Shown here piece by piece: positions 1 through 11,000 of a stretch of 64,000 bases of DNA; the stretch's first letter is position 1, and every line of letters begins with the position of its first letter. Source of the DNA: an uncultured Clostridia bacterium (GTDB lineage: Bacteria; Bacillota; Clostridia; Christensenellales; CAG-917); assembly GCA_937885645.1 (NCBI GenBank), contig CALABJ010000029.1, positions 52,679-116,678 of the forward strand. Reading direction: 5' to 3'. The notes beneath the pieces are model-generated. The model saw only the letters and a list, made by a program, of their open reading frames with translations. It did no database searches and was not told the DNA's origin. A program made the translations under genes and the position numbers.

Positions 1-896
1 TCCTTCTTTTCAATGAGTTTACTGCGGAGCATTTGCATTGCAACTTCTCTGTTTTGGATTTGGCTTCTTTCATTTTGGCAAGCCACGATGATGCCCGTGG
101 GCAAGTGGGTGATGCGGATTGCAGACTCTGTTTTGTTGACGTGTTGTCCACCTGCGCCTGAGCTTCTATATGTGTCCACCTTCAAGTCTTCGGGGCGGAT
201 TTCAATTTCTCCGTCATCGATGATTTCGGGCATAACTTCAAGAGAAGCAAAGGACGTATGACGTCTTGCTTGTGAGTCAAATGGTGAGATACGCACCAGT
301 CTGTGTACGCCCTTTTCTGCCTTGAGATAACCGTAGGCATTGTCACCTTCAACACGGAAAGTGACACTCTTGATGCCGGCTTCGTCCCCGGCGAGGAAGT
401 CAAGTTCGACAAGCTTCCAACCAGTACGCTCAACGTATCTTGAATACATACGATAAAGCATATCGCACCAGTCTTGTGCCTCTGTGCCACCTGCTCCTGC
501 GTGCAAGGTGAGGATTGCATTGAGGCCGTCGTACTTGCCTGACAGCAATGTTTCAAGGGTCAGTTTTTCCACTTGACCTTGAAGGCGCTCAACTGTCTTT
601 TGAAGGGCAAGGTCTTCTTCCTCACTGGCTTCAAGTTCCACTATGTCAACGATTTCAACTGCATCGTCAAGTTCGCCAAGCAGTTTTTCAAAGCGTTCCA
701 GCTTTGCCTTGATTTGGCTTATTTCTTTGGACACTTTTTGTGCATTTTGGACGTCATTCCAAAAGCCGTCCGCATTTTGTTCGGCTTCGAGTTCTGCCAC
801 TTTATTTCGCAGAACATCGGGTTTAATGCCGTCATATGCACACTTTAAGTCCTCTTTCAGTGATTTCAGTTCGTTTTTCTTTGCAAGATAATCCAT
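1..896 (-). CDS. prfB: Peptide chain release factor 2 (partial; C-terminal part lies beyond the left edge)
   Basis: Not in the ORF track because it runs off the window. Manual minus-strand translation from ATG at 896 (AGGAGG 6-7 nt upstream) gives [13 protein letters not shown]...GFWND...[13 protein letters not shown]...[13 protein letters not shown] (SPF motif)...[26 protein letters not shown] (GGQ motif). Confidence 0.9.
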   Translation of the reverse strand, partial: MDYLAKKNELKSLKEDLKCAYDGIKPDVLRNKVAELEAEQNADGFWNDVQNAQKVSKEISQIKAKLERFEKLLGELDDAVEIVDIVELEASEEEDLALQKTVERLQGQVEKLTLETLLSGKYDGLNAILTLHAGAGGTEAQDWCDMLYRMYSRYVERTGWKLVELDFLAGDEAGIKSVTFRVEGDNAYGYLKAEKGVHRLVRISPFDSQARRHTSFASLEVMPEIIDDGEIEIRPEDLKVDTYRSSGAGGQHVNKTESAIRITHLPTGIIVACQNERSQIQNREVAMQMLRSKLIEKK

Positions 897-949
897 ATCA
901 TTTCCTCCTGTGGTTTTGTGTAGTGTAGTGTGTTTTGTCTCGCTCTACG

Positions 950-3610
950 CTACTTTTTGCCACAGCAGTTTTTATATTTAAGTCCGCTTCCGCAAGGGCA
1001 AGGATCATTGCGTCCCACTTTTTGATCGGTGTTGCGCACTGTCTTTGATGCGGCTGCAATTTGTTGCTTTGCGCTGGTTGACCCGTCTTCGCGTTTTTCA
1101 ATTTGCACCTTCAAAAGGATTGATGCTGTTTCGCTGTGAATACGGCTGACCATATCATCAAACATATCCCAACCCTCTTGACGATATGCAAGGACGGGGT
1201 CACGTTGACCATATCCTCTCAGGCCGATACCTTTGCGGAGAGCATCCATTGCATCAATGTGATCCATCCACTTTGCATCAACTGTTTTGAGGAGGACAAG
1301 ACGCTCAAAGTCGCCAAAGTCAAGGCCGTCTTCTTTGAGGCGAGCAATCTTTGCTTCATAGTCTTTCAGTGCCACGTCAAGGACTGCTTCCTTGATCTTG
1401 TACACGTCGTAGGCAGAGCAAAGTTCAGGGGTGACCACGTTTGATCCCTTGGGGAGCATACGTTGTTCAAGGGAGTTGTTGAATGCTTCGTAATCCCAAG
1501 TTTGGAAATCGGTTTTGTAGTCTGCATAGTAGCCGATGATTTCCTCTGCAAGGTCGTCAATCATATCAAGGATTTGATCGTGGACGTCAAGTCCGTCAAG
1601 GACTTTGCCTCTTTCCTTGTAGATGAGTTCACGTTGTGCGTTCATGACATCATCGTATGCCAGCACTTGCTTTCTTATTGAGAAGTTTCTGCCTTCAACC
1701 ACGCGTTGTGCTCTTTCAACTTGTTTTGAGATGATGCTGTTGGCAATAGGCTCGTCATCGGGGAAATTCATTGCCGTTGCAATAGACTTCATCTTGTCCC
1801 CGCCAAAGATACGGGACACATCGTCTTCCATTGAAATGTAGAAGACTGTTTCACCGGGGTCACCTTGACGTCCGCTACGTCCGCGCAGCTGGTTGTCAAT
1901 ACGTCTGCTTTCGTGTCTTTCCGTGCCGATGATACGAAGTCCGCCGAGAGCAACCACCTTTTCCTTTTCCACGTCACATTGTTTTTTGAATGCTTCATAG
2001 TGGTGGAGATAGACTTTCTTTGCCTCTTTCACCTTTTCATCGTCATAGACGTGAGGTGAGGTTGCCATTTCGATAATGTCAAGAGGATAGCCGTCCTTTT
2101 CCATCTTTTTCTTTGCTTGGAATTCGGCGTTGCCACCCAGCATAATGTCTGTACCACGGCCTGCCATGTTGGTGGCGATGGTGATCATACCCTCTTTGCC
2201 TGCTTGAGCAACGATTTCTGCCTCTTGCTTGTGATATTTTGCGTTCAAAACGTTGTGGGGTATGCCCTTACGCTTCAAAATTGCGCTGAGTTCTTCAGAT
2301 TTTTCAACACTGACCGTGCCCACAAGGACGGGCTGTCCTGTCTTGTGGCATTCAAGGATATCCTCAACGATTGCGGTGATTTTGCCAGATTCCTTGGTGT
2401 AAATCTTGTCGTTTTCGTCCTTTCTTTGTGAAGGTCTGTTGGGAGGGATTTGCACAACGTCAAGGCGATAGATTCCTTCAAATTCGTCCTCTTCGGTTTT
2501 GGCTGTACCAGTCATACCGCTGAGTTTTGCATACATACGGAAGAAGTTTTGGAAGGTGATTGTGGCAAGAGTTTTGTTTTCACTGCGGATGACCACTCTT
2601 TCCTTTGCTTCGATTGCTTGGTGCAAGCCTTCGTTGTATCTTCTGCCTATCATAACACGGCCCGTGAATTCATCAACGATGAGCACTTCGCCGTCATTGA
2701 CGATATAGTCGCGGTCACGTTTCATCATATAGTGAGCCTTCAAGGCTTGCTTGATATGATGATAGAGGTCGGTGTTGTTTATATCGGTGAGGTTGTCAAG
2801 TTTGAAATATTTTTCCGCCTTCTTCACACCCTCGTCGGTGAGCATAATCGCCTTTTCCTTTTCTTCAATGGTGAAGTCGTCGTTTTCACGGACTGTGCGG
2901 GCAAATGCATCTGCGGTCTTGTACATTTCACTGGACTTTCCGCCCCTGCCTGAAATGATGAGAGGTGTACGTGCTTCGTCAATGAGGATTGAGTCCACTT
3001 CGTCAACGATGGCAAAGTTCAGTTCTCTTTGCACCTTTGCTCTCTTTTCCACCACCATATTGTCGCGGAGGAAGTCAAAGCCAAGTTCGTTGTTTGTGCA
3101 ATAGCAAATGTCGCAGGCGTATGCCTTTTGCTTTTCATCGTTGCGCATTGAGGGGAGGATGACACCAACTGTCAAACCGAGGAAGCGGTGCACTTTGCCC
3201 ATCCAAGCGGCGTCACGTTCTGCAAGATAGTCGTTGACGGTGACAACGTGGACGCCCTTGCCTGTCAGTGCGTTGAGATAGCTAGGGAGGGTTGCCACAA
3301 GGGTTTTGCCTTCACCTGTGCCCATTTCTGCAATACGTCCTTGATGGAGGGCAATACCGCCCATAAGTTGGACGAAGTAGGGGCGCATGCCAAGGACACG
3401 GGCCGCTGCTTCACGGACTGTTGCAAATGCTTCAACAAGCAAGCTGTCAAGGGTTTCGCCCTTTTCAAGGCGTGCCTTAAACTCTGCGGTCTTTGCGGTC
3501 AGTTCTTCGTCGGTCAGTGCCTTGTAGGTGTCGGCAAGACTGTCAATCTTCATTGCAATCTTTTTGATTTTGTGAAGTTTTCTTTCGTTTTCGTTGAAAA
3601 TGGATGCCAT
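950..3610 (-). CDS. secA: Preprotein translocase ATPase SecA
   Basis: 886 aa. Motor-domain blocks MGTGEGKTLVATLP and TNMAGRGTDI. C-terminal zinc-binding tail CPCGSGLKYKNCCGKK. Confidence 0.97.
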   Translation of the reverse strand: MASIFNENERKLHKIKKIAMKIDSLADTYKALTDEELTAKTAEFKARLEKGETLDSLLVEAFATVREAAARVLGMRPYFVQLMGGIALHQGRIAEMGTGEGKTLVATLPSYLNALTGKGVHVVTVNDYLAERDAAWMGKVHRFLGLTVGVILPSMRNDEKQKAYACDICYCTNNELGFDFLRDNMVVEKRAKVQRELNFAIVDEVDSILIDEARTPLIISGRGGKSSEMYKTADAFARTVRENDDFTIEEKEKAIMLTDEGVKKAEKYFKLDNLTDINNTDLYHHIKQALKAHYMMKRDRDYIVNDGEVLIVDEFTGRVMIGRRYNEGLHQAIEAKERVVIRSENKTLATITFQNFFRMYAKLSGMTGTAKTEEDEFEGIYRLDVVQIPPNRPSQRKDENDKIYTKESGKITAIVEDILECHKTGQPVLVGTVSVEKSEELSAILKRKGIPHNVLNAKYHKQEAEIVAQAGKEGMITIATNMAGRGTDIMLGGNAEFQAKKKMEKDGYPLDIIEMATSPHVYDDEKVKEAKKVYLHHYEAFKKQCDVEKEKVVALGGLRIIGTERHESRRIDNQLRGRSGRQGDPGETVFYISMEDDVSRIFGGDKMKSIATAMNFPDDEPIANSIISKQVERAQRVVEGRNFSIRKQVLAYDDVMNAQRELIYKERGKVLDGLDVHDQILDMIDDLAEEIIGYYADYKTDFQTWDYEAFNNSLEQRMLPKGSNVVTPELCSAYDVYKIKEAVLDVALKDYEAKIARLKEDGLDFGDFERLVLLKTVDAKWMDHIDAMDALRKGIGLRGYGQRDPVLAYRQEGWDMFDDMVSRIHSETASILLKVQIEKREDGSTSAKQQIAAASKTVRNTDQKVGRNDPCPCGSGLKYKNCCGKK

Positions 3611-3755
3611 TTTTCTCCTTATATTCCGCCTATGCGGACACGCGTTGTGCGTTTATATTCATTTTAATTCACTTTGTTGAAATAACCTTAATCTTTTTAG
3701 ACCTTAGTCTAATGATTTTTGCCTAGGATTTAATTTTTCCAAAACAAATCCTCGG

Positions 3756-4520
3756 TTATTCCATAAGGGGTTTCAGTTTTGTTATGCAAGCGGTGAGCAC
3801 GCTGACCTCTTTACACTTTGCCTTCAAAAGCACCTTTGAGCACTCGTTGACGGTTGTTCCTGTGGTGAAGATGTCGTCAATGAGAAGGATTTTTCTATCC
3901 TTCACCTGAGGATAGACCACCTCAAAGGCCTTTGACAAATTTTCTGCCCGCTCCTTTCCAGACAATTCCTTTTGTTGTGAGGTTTCCTTCACTTTTGCCA
4001 GTGCCGGCAGGACAGGGATATCAAGACGTTTGCCCACTTCGTAGGCTAGAAGTTCCGCTTGATTGAAGCCACGCTTTCTTTTCTCCTTGTCTGTCATAGG
4101 CACAGGGACAATTATTTCCCCTTGCATATTGTGTTTGATGTAGGTGTCAGCCATCATTGCGCCGATGGTGGTGACAAGATATTTCTTTCCGCCGAATTTC
4201 AGTGCGTGAACCATCTCTCTTGCCTTGACGTCGTAGATGAGAGGTGAGCGGTTCAGCTTGTACACTCCGTGAGAGCGTTGACACCTGTCACAGTAGTCCG
4301 CCTCGTTGTCAATCTGCACACCGCAGTCAAGGCAAATATGGTCGCCGATGAAAGGCATTTCCTCAGTGCATTTTGCACAGAGATGATATCTGGTTTCTGC
4401 CACAAGTTCATCTCCGCAAATGTCGCAGGTGATGTCCTCGGGATATAGGGCGTCCTTCATCTTTTCAGGCAAACCCTTAAACCACTGACGCAACTTTTCT
4501 GTCAACTCCGCCTTGTTCAT
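3756..4520 (-). CDS. comFC: ComF-family protein (zinc-finger plus phosphoribosyltransferase fold)
   Basis: 254 aa. N-terminal CxxC pairs (CDICGDE..CAKC; CLDCG..CDRC) and PRT motif ILLIDDIFTTGTT. ATGA overlap with the stop of recD2. Confidence 0.75.
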   Translation of the reverse strand: MNKAELTEKLRQWFKGLPEKMKDALYPEDITCDICGDELVAETRYHLCAKCTEEMPFIGDHICLDCGVQIDNEADYCDRCQRSHGVYKLNRSPLIYDVKAREMVHALKFGGKKYLVTTIGAMMADTYIKHNMQGEIIVPVPMTDKEKRKRGFNQAELLAYEVGKRLDIPVLPALAKVKETSQQKELSGKERAENLSKAFEVVYPQVKDRKILLIDDIFTTGTTVNECSKVLLKAKCKEVSVLTACITKLKPLME

Positions 4521-6742
4521 CTTTGATGCTTGCCACTGACTTCATCGTCAATGAGATTGACAAGAAGGGAGTATCTTTTTGCAGTTTCGTTGTTTTTGAC
4601 CATACGTCCGACAGTGGCTTTGCTTCCTGCAATCACCACCAATTTCTTGGCTCTTGTGACTGCTGTGTAGAGCAAGTTCCTTGACTGCAACATATAGTTT
4701 GCGTCAAGGGCTATGACCACTGCATCAAACTCACTACCCTGTGATTTGTGTATGGTGACAGCGTATGCAAGAGCAAGTTGTTCAGCGTCCGCATATTGAT
4801 AAATCGCCACTTTATCATCATCAAAACGCACGATAAACTGCATAATCTGCATATTGATGCTTTCAATGACACCTATGTCACCATTATATACTCCCATGCC
4901 TCTTTCAACACGGAAGCCCACGGTTTGAGTCCATTCTTGTTGATAGTTGTTTTGCATTTGCATGACTTTGTCACCCTCACGGAAAACAAACTCACCGCAC
5001 CTAAATTCCTTCTTTTCCTTGCTGGCAGGATTCAGTGCGTTTTGCAAATATCTGTTGAGATTGTATATGCCGGCAGAACCTCGCTTCATGGGACAAAGCA
5101 CTTGGATTTCCTCAGGGCGTACATTGAGATATTTAGGAAGACGCTTTGTGACAAGGTCAAGTGTTGTCCTTGCAATCTCTTCTGCGCTTCCCTTTTCTTC
5201 AAAGAAGAAGTCACGGCTTCTGTTGTCCATTGTGGGCATTTCGCCGTTGTTGATTTTGTGGGCGTTGGGTATGATATGGCTGTCCTCACTTTGACGATAA
5301 ATCTGGGTGAGATAACTGACGGGGAAACGTCCGCAGCCTATGAGGTCACCAAGCACGTTGCCTGCGCCCACTGAGGCAAGTTGGTCCTTGTCGCCAACAA
5401 GCACAAGTCTTGCGCCGTTGTTGATGGCTTTGACAAGGGCGTTGAATGCGTATTCATCAACCATACTCATTTCATCCACGATGACAACGTCAACGGGAAG
5501 ACGAGTTTGGTCGTTGTAGGTGAAGCAACCTTGTCCGTCCTTGTAGTCAAGGTCAAGAAGACGGTGGATTGTCTTTGCTTCTTCACCGGTGGCTTCACTG
5601 AGGCGTTTTGCCGCTCTGCCAGTAGGGGCGCAAAGTGCAACCCTTTGTCCAAGGTTTTTGAAGAGGTGCAATATGCACTTGACAATGGTGGTCTTGCCTG
5701 TGCCGGGGCCACCTGTGACAATTTGCACGCCGTTTTCAACGGCCTCTCTCACCGCTTCAACTTGGTTGGGGTGCAGGGTGAAACCTGCCTCCTCTTCAAA
5801 TCGTTTGACCGCGTCTTTCACGTCAACACGGAAATCTGCCGTCCTTGCTTGCAAGGTGATAAGACGACGAGCAATGCTCTCCTCTGTGCGGAAGTTGGAT
5901 TTCAGTGCTATTGCGCTGTGCTCTCCTGTGTCATAGCGGACTATGTCACCAAACAGCACCATATCTTCTACGTTGTCCTTTATGCGCTCGTCAGGGTTGT
6001 CTGAGTCAAGGCGCAACAGGTCAAACACTGCGGTGAAAAGTTCGTTTTCAGGGAGATACGTGTGACCTCCTCTTGATGCGCCCTCTTTCAGCACGTGTAT
6101 GACACCTGCGGAAATGCGGTAGTCGCTGTCCTTTGCAATGCCCAACTCCCCTGCAATTCTATCCGCTGTTGCAAAACCAATGCCGTCAATGTCATCAACA
6201 AGCATATAGGGGTTTTTGCGGACGAAGTCCTCGGTTTTGTCCTCGTAGACACGATAGATTTTGAGCGCCAAGTTTATGCTGATGCCCAACTCTTGCAAAA
6301 ACACGATTGAGTCCTGCATGCGCATGATTTTGGTGTACTCCATGCCAAACTCTGTTGCACGGCGGAGAGAGATTCCTCTCACCTTGCTCAGCTCCATGGG
6401 GTACTTCATCATTTCAAGGGAATTGACTCCAAATCTATCTACGATTGCTTCTGCGGTGACAGGACCAAGTCCGTGAATAAGTCCACTGCCGAGGAATCGT
6501 TTTATACCCTCAACCTTTGAGGGGGCGGACAAATAAATCTTGTCCGCAAAGAACTGTCTGCCATAAACAGTCTTGGTCTGGAACTTGCCTTCAACGCGGA
6601 TATTTTGTCCTTCGCTGACGGGCGGGAAAATGCCGACAACAGTAAAGATGCTGGTTTCCACCCTCATATCGAGGACGGTATAACCAGTGTCTTCACTCCT
6701 GAATATTACGGTTTTGACTTCGCCACGCAGTTCCATATTCAC
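4517..6742 (-). CDS. recD2: RecD2-type SF1B ATP-dependent DNA helicase
   Basis: 741 aa. Walker A GGPGTGKTT, motif II VIVDEMSMVD, GDKDQLASVG, C-terminal TIHKSQGSEF. Long N-terminal extension typical of RecD2. Confidence 0.85.
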   Translation of the reverse strand: MNMELRGEVKTVIFRSEDTGYTVLDMRVETSIFTVVGIFPPVSEGQNIRVEGKFQTKTVYGRQFFADKIYLSAPSKVEGIKRFLGSGLIHGLGPVTAEAIVDRFGVNSLEMMKYPMELSKVRGISLRRATEFGMEYTKIMRMQDSIVFLQELGISINLALKIYRVYEDKTEDFVRKNPYMLVDDIDGIGFATADRIAGELGIAKDSDYRISAGVIHVLKEGASRGGHTYLPENELFTAVFDLLRLDSDNPDERIKDNVEDMVLFGDIVRYDTGEHSAIALKSNFRTEESIARRLITLQARTADFRVDVKDAVKRFEEEAGFTLHPNQVEAVREAVENGVQIVTGGPGTGKTTIVKCILHLFKNLGQRVALCAPTGRAAKRLSEATGEEAKTIHRLLDLDYKDGQGCFTYNDQTRLPVDVVIVDEMSMVDEYAFNALVKAINNGARLVLVGDKDQLASVGAGNVLGDLIGCGRFPVSYLTQIYRQSEDSHIIPNAHKINNGEMPTMDNRSRDFFFEEKGSAEEIARTTLDLVTKRLPKYLNVRPEEIQVLCPMKRGSAGIYNLNRYLQNALNPASKEKKEFRCGEFVFREGDKVMQMQNNYQQEWTQTVGFRVERGMGVYNGDIGVIESINMQIMQFIVRFDDDKVAIYQYADAEQLALAYAVTIHKSQGSEFDAVVIALDANYMLQSRNLLYTAVTRAKKLVVIAGSKATVGRMVKNNETAKRYSLLVNLIDDEVSGKHQR

Positions 6743-6810
6743 CTTTTTGGTGCAGTTTTGTTTGTTGTATTTTTGGCTTTATGTTGCCAAAATCAAGGGT
6801 TTTGTATATG

Positions 6811-6838
6811 AAAAAACAAGGTTAAACCCTTGTTTTTG
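6811..6838 (-). terminator. Intrinsic terminator after metK
   Basis: Stem caagg/ccttg extended by A:T pairs. Read on the minus strand it is followed by TTTTTT. It lies 10 nt downstream of the metK stop. Confidence 0.55.
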
Positions 6839-6847
6839 TCATTTGTG

Positions 6848-8026
6848 TCATATTCTTTGAAGTGCTGCTTTAATTTCTTCGACCTTGTCAAGTTTCTCCC
6901 AAGGGAACACTTCGCGTCCAAGATGACCGTAGTTTGCGCTTGCACGATAGATGGGTCTGTCAAGGCCCAACTTCTTGATGATTGCACGAGGACGAAGGTC
7001 AAACACCTCATTGATGATGTCCACGATTTTGTCGTCTGACACCACGCCAGTGCCGTAGCTGTCTGCATACACTGCAACGGGGTGTGACATGCCGATGGCG
7101 TATGCCACTTGCACTTCAACACGTCTTGCAACGCCTGCTGCAACAAGGTTCTTGCAGATGTATCTTGTCATATACAAGCCACTTCTGTCCACCTTGCTGG
7201 GGTCTTTGCCACTCAGTGCGCCACCGCCGTGACGGCACATTCCGCCGTATGTGTCAACGATGATTTTTCTGCCTGTGACACCGCTGTCGCCTGCAGGTCC
7301 ACCCACTACAAATCTGCCTGTGGGGTTGACGTAAATCTTTGTGTCATCGTCAAAATAGTGGCTGGGGATTGCCTTTTTGATGACCTTTTCAATGATGTCA
7401 TTTTCAAGGTCTGCCATATCCACGTCTTCTGCGTGTTGTGTTGACACAACCACTGTATCTACTCTTTCGGGCACGCCGTCAATGTATTCAACGGTGACTT
7501 GTGCTTTTCCGTCTGGGCGGAGATAGTCGATTTCGCCGTTCTTTCTGGCTTCTGTAAGGCGGAAAGTCAATGCGTGAGCAAGGACGATAGGCAGAGGCAT
7601 AAGCTCCTCAGTTTCGTCTGAGGCGTAGCCAAACATCATGCCTTGGTCCCCTGCGCCTTGTAGTTCAAATTCATCCTCTTCACTGCCACTGTCTGTTGCG
7701 GTGTTGACACCCATTGCGATGTCGGGAGATTGTTCGTCAAGAGAAGAAAGGACTGCACAAGTTTTGTAGTCGAAACCCAGTGAACTGTCATCATAGCCGA
7801 TATCCTTGATGACACCCCTCACGATTGAGGGGATGTCAGAATAGTGGCTTGTGGTGACTTCACCGAATACCATGACCATGCCTGTTGTGGCACAGACTTC
7901 AATGGCGACTCTTGCAGAAGGATCTTCTGTGTAAATGTCGTCAAGGATTGCGTCTGCGATTTGGTCGCAGACCTTGTCAGGATGTCCTTCCGTTACACTT
8001 TCGGAAGTGAAAAATCTTTTGTCCAT
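6848..8026 (-). CDS. metK: S-adenosylmethionine synthetase
   Basis: 392 aa. Hallmark blocks [44 protein letters not shown]. Confidence 0.97.
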   Translation of the reverse strand: MDKRFFTSESVTEGHPDKVCDQIADAILDDIYTEDPSARVAIEVCATTGMVMVFGEVTTSHYSDIPSIVRGVIKDIGYDDSSLGFDYKTCAVLSSLDEQSPDIAMGVNTATDSGSEEDEFELQGAGDQGMMFGYASDETEELMPLPIVLAHALTFRLTEARKNGEIDYLRPDGKAQVTVEYIDGVPERVDTVVVSTQHAEDVDMADLENDIIEKVIKKAIPSHYFDDDTKIYVNPTGRFVVGGPAGDSGVTGRKIIVDTYGGMCRHGGGALSGKDPSKVDRSGLYMTRYICKNLVAAGVARRVEVQVAYAIGMSHPVAVYADSYGTGVVSDDKIVDIINEVFDLRPRAIIKKLGLDRPIYRASANYGHLGREVFPWEKLDKVEEIKAALQRI

Positions 8027-8028
8027 AA

Positions 8029-11000
8029 TTAAATAATGTCGTTGTCTGTTTCTGCGGGGACAGTTGTGATATCCTTGTAGATCTTCATGCCAGTGCCTGC
8101 AGGGATAAGTTTGCCGATGATGACGTTTTCTTTAAGACCGATGAGGGGGTCAATCTTGTTCTTGATTGCAGCGTCTGCAAGAACTCTTGTGGTTTCTTGG
8201 AAGGATGCTGCTGACAAGAAGGATTCAGTTGCAAGTGCTGCCTTTGTGATGCCGAGAAGTGTTCTCTTTGCGCTTGCAGGGATACCGCCGTTTTCAAGGG
8301 CCTTTTCGTTTTCTTCTTCGTATGTGAAGATGTCAACGAGAGTGCCGGGGAGCATATTGGTGTCACCTTGGTCTTCGATGCGGACCTTGCGGAGCATTTG
8401 ACGGACGATGACTTCGATGTGCTTGTCGTTGATTTCAACACCACTGAGACGGTAGGTTGCTTGAACTTCTTTTGCAAGATATTCTTGAACGCCGTTGACG
8501 CCCTTTGCTCTGAGCATTGCTTGAGGATCAATTGAACCGCTGGTGAGAGGATCACCTGCATCAATGATTTCGCCGTTTTCAACCTTGAGTTTTGCGCCGT
8601 AGGGGATGTCGTAGACTCTTTCGTCATCGCCGGTGACGGTGATCTTACGATTGTCGTCGCTGATGGTGACTGCACCCTTATTTTCGGTGATGATTGCTTG
8701 TCCCTTAGGTTTACGTGCTTCGAAAAGTTCTTCAACACGAGGCAAACCTTGAGTGATGTCGTCGCCTGTTGCAACACCGCCGGTGTGGAATGTTCTCATT
8801 GTGAGCTGTGTACCAGGTTCACCGATTGATTGTGCTGCGATGATACCAACTGCTTCGCCCAGTTTGACGGGGTTGCCACTTGCCATATTCTTGCCGTAGC
8901 ACTTTGCGCACACGCCGTTCTTTGTCTTACAGGTGAGGACTGAGCGGATATGGACTGTGGGCAGTTTGTGAAGGTTTGAGCCTTCGCTTTCCCACTTCTT
9001 GGTGAGAGCCTTGTCGATGGCCTTTGCTTGGTCGGTTGAGATCATGGTGTCTGCTTCGCAGAGGACTTCGCCGGTGAAAGGATCCACCACGTCTTCCATT
9101 GCGTATCTGCCTGCGATTCTGTCTGCCAGAGTTTCGATGACAGTCTTGCCATCCATGATAGGAGTGACTCTTGAACCCTTTGTGTCACCGCAGTCTTGTT
9201 CGCGGACGATAACTGCGTGTGAGACGTCGACGAGACGACGGGTAAGATAACCTGAGTCAGCGGTTTTCAGTGCTGTATCTGCAAGACCCTTACGGCCACC
9301 GTGTGATGAAATGAAGTATTCCAAAACTGAAAGGCCTTCACGGAAGTTTGCACGGACAGGGAGTTCGATGGTTTCGCCCTTAGGGTTGGCCATCAAGCCA
9401 CGCATACCAGCAAGCTGACGGATCTGTGACATATTACCACGAGCACCAGAGTTTGCCATCATCCAGATGGGGTTGAAGTCGTCAAGACCGTCAACCAGGT
9501 GTTCTGTGACTGCGTCTGTTGCTTCTTTCCAAATCTTGATGACTGTTTGATAACGTTCTTCGTCGGTGACGATACCACGGGCGAAATTACGTTCAATATT
9601 GATGACTTTCTTTTCTGCTTCTTCAATAACTTGTTTCTTATTCGCGGGCACGTGCATATCAAAGACACTTGTTGTCACTGCGCCAAGAGTTGAATACTTG
9701 TAGCCCAGTGCCTTGATAAGGTCGAGGGTGTTTGCAGTTTCGGTTGCACCGTGATATTTGAAGCAGTTGTCAACGATGAGTGAAAGTTGTTTCTTGCCGA
9801 TTGCGATTGCCTTTTCGCCAAGGACCTTTTGGATTGCCTTGCGGAGCAAAGTCTTTTCGCGGACTTCTTCACCATTGACGTCAACACCCTTTGCCACTGC
9901 GTCCTTGATGAGGTCAACGATCTTTTGTGCATCGCTGTCCTTGAGTTCAGGACGACGGACGATTGCTTTGACTTCTGCAAGGTCTGTTGTGCCGGCAAGT
10001 GCGGTGAGTTGTTTTTGGTCGATGAGGCAGTTGACGCCGAGGATACCGTTCAGTTCAAGTTCACCTGCAAGTGCTTCGTCATCTCTGTTGATGAAGTGGA
10101 GGTCTTGAGGGAGATTTGAGTTGAAGATGCAACGACCAACTGTGGTGTGGAGCATCTTGGTTGCGGTTGTGCCGTCTGCCTTGACATAAGGTGTGCGGAT
10201 GTAGACAAGTGATTGTGCTGTGATTTCTCCGCACTGATATGCCATCATTGCTTCGTCAAATGAGCTGAAATACTTGCCTTCGCCAAGACCGCCGGGGCGG
10301 ACGATGGTGAGATAGTAAGAACCAATGACCATATCTTGTGCAGGTGACACGATAGGTCTGCCGTCTGACAACTTCAAGATGTTGTTTGTACAAAGCATCA
10401 AGATTCTTGCTTCAACTTGTGCCTCAACTGAAAGAGGAACGTGAACTGCCATTTGGTCGCCGTCGAAGTCAGCGTTGAATGCTGTACATGCAAGGGGGTG
10501 GAGTTTGATTGCTCTGCCTTCAACAAGGACGGGCTCGAATGCTTGGATACCAAGACGGTGAAGCGTAGGAGCACGGTTGAGGAGGACGGGGTGATCTTTG
10601 ATGATCTCTTCAAGGATGTCCCAAACTTGATGCTTGCCAGTGTCAACAAAGCGCTTTGCGCTCTTGATGTTGTGGCAGAGGTTTTGTTCAACAAGTTTCT
10701 TCATAATGAAGGGCTTGAAGAGTTCAAGTGCCATTTCCTTAGGAAGACCGCATTGATACAGTTTCAGTTCAGGACCGACAACGATAACTGAACGGCCTGA
10801 ATAGTCAACACGTTTGCCAAGGAGGTTTTGTCTGAAACGACCTTGCTTACCACGGAGCATACCAGAGAGTGATTTGAGGTCTCTGTTGCCGGGGCCACTG
10901 ACTGCCTTACCACGACGGCCATTGTCGATGAGTGCGTCAACTGCTTCTTGAAGCATACGCTTTTCATTGCGGACGATGATGTCGGGTGCGCCGATTTCCT

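Noticed and set aside
898-1101. A 67-codon minus-strand ORF ends AGG-AGG-AAA-TGA-T immediately before the prfB ATG. This superficially mimics the RF2 +1 frameshift geometry (SD-like element, stop codon, downstream frame +1).
   Set aside because: The ORF lies inside the secA 3' end in another frame, and its peptide (MKNAKTGQPAQSNKLQ...) has no RF2 N-terminal similarity. The full RF2 N-terminus is already present in the prfB frame. The AGGAGG is simply the prfB RBS.
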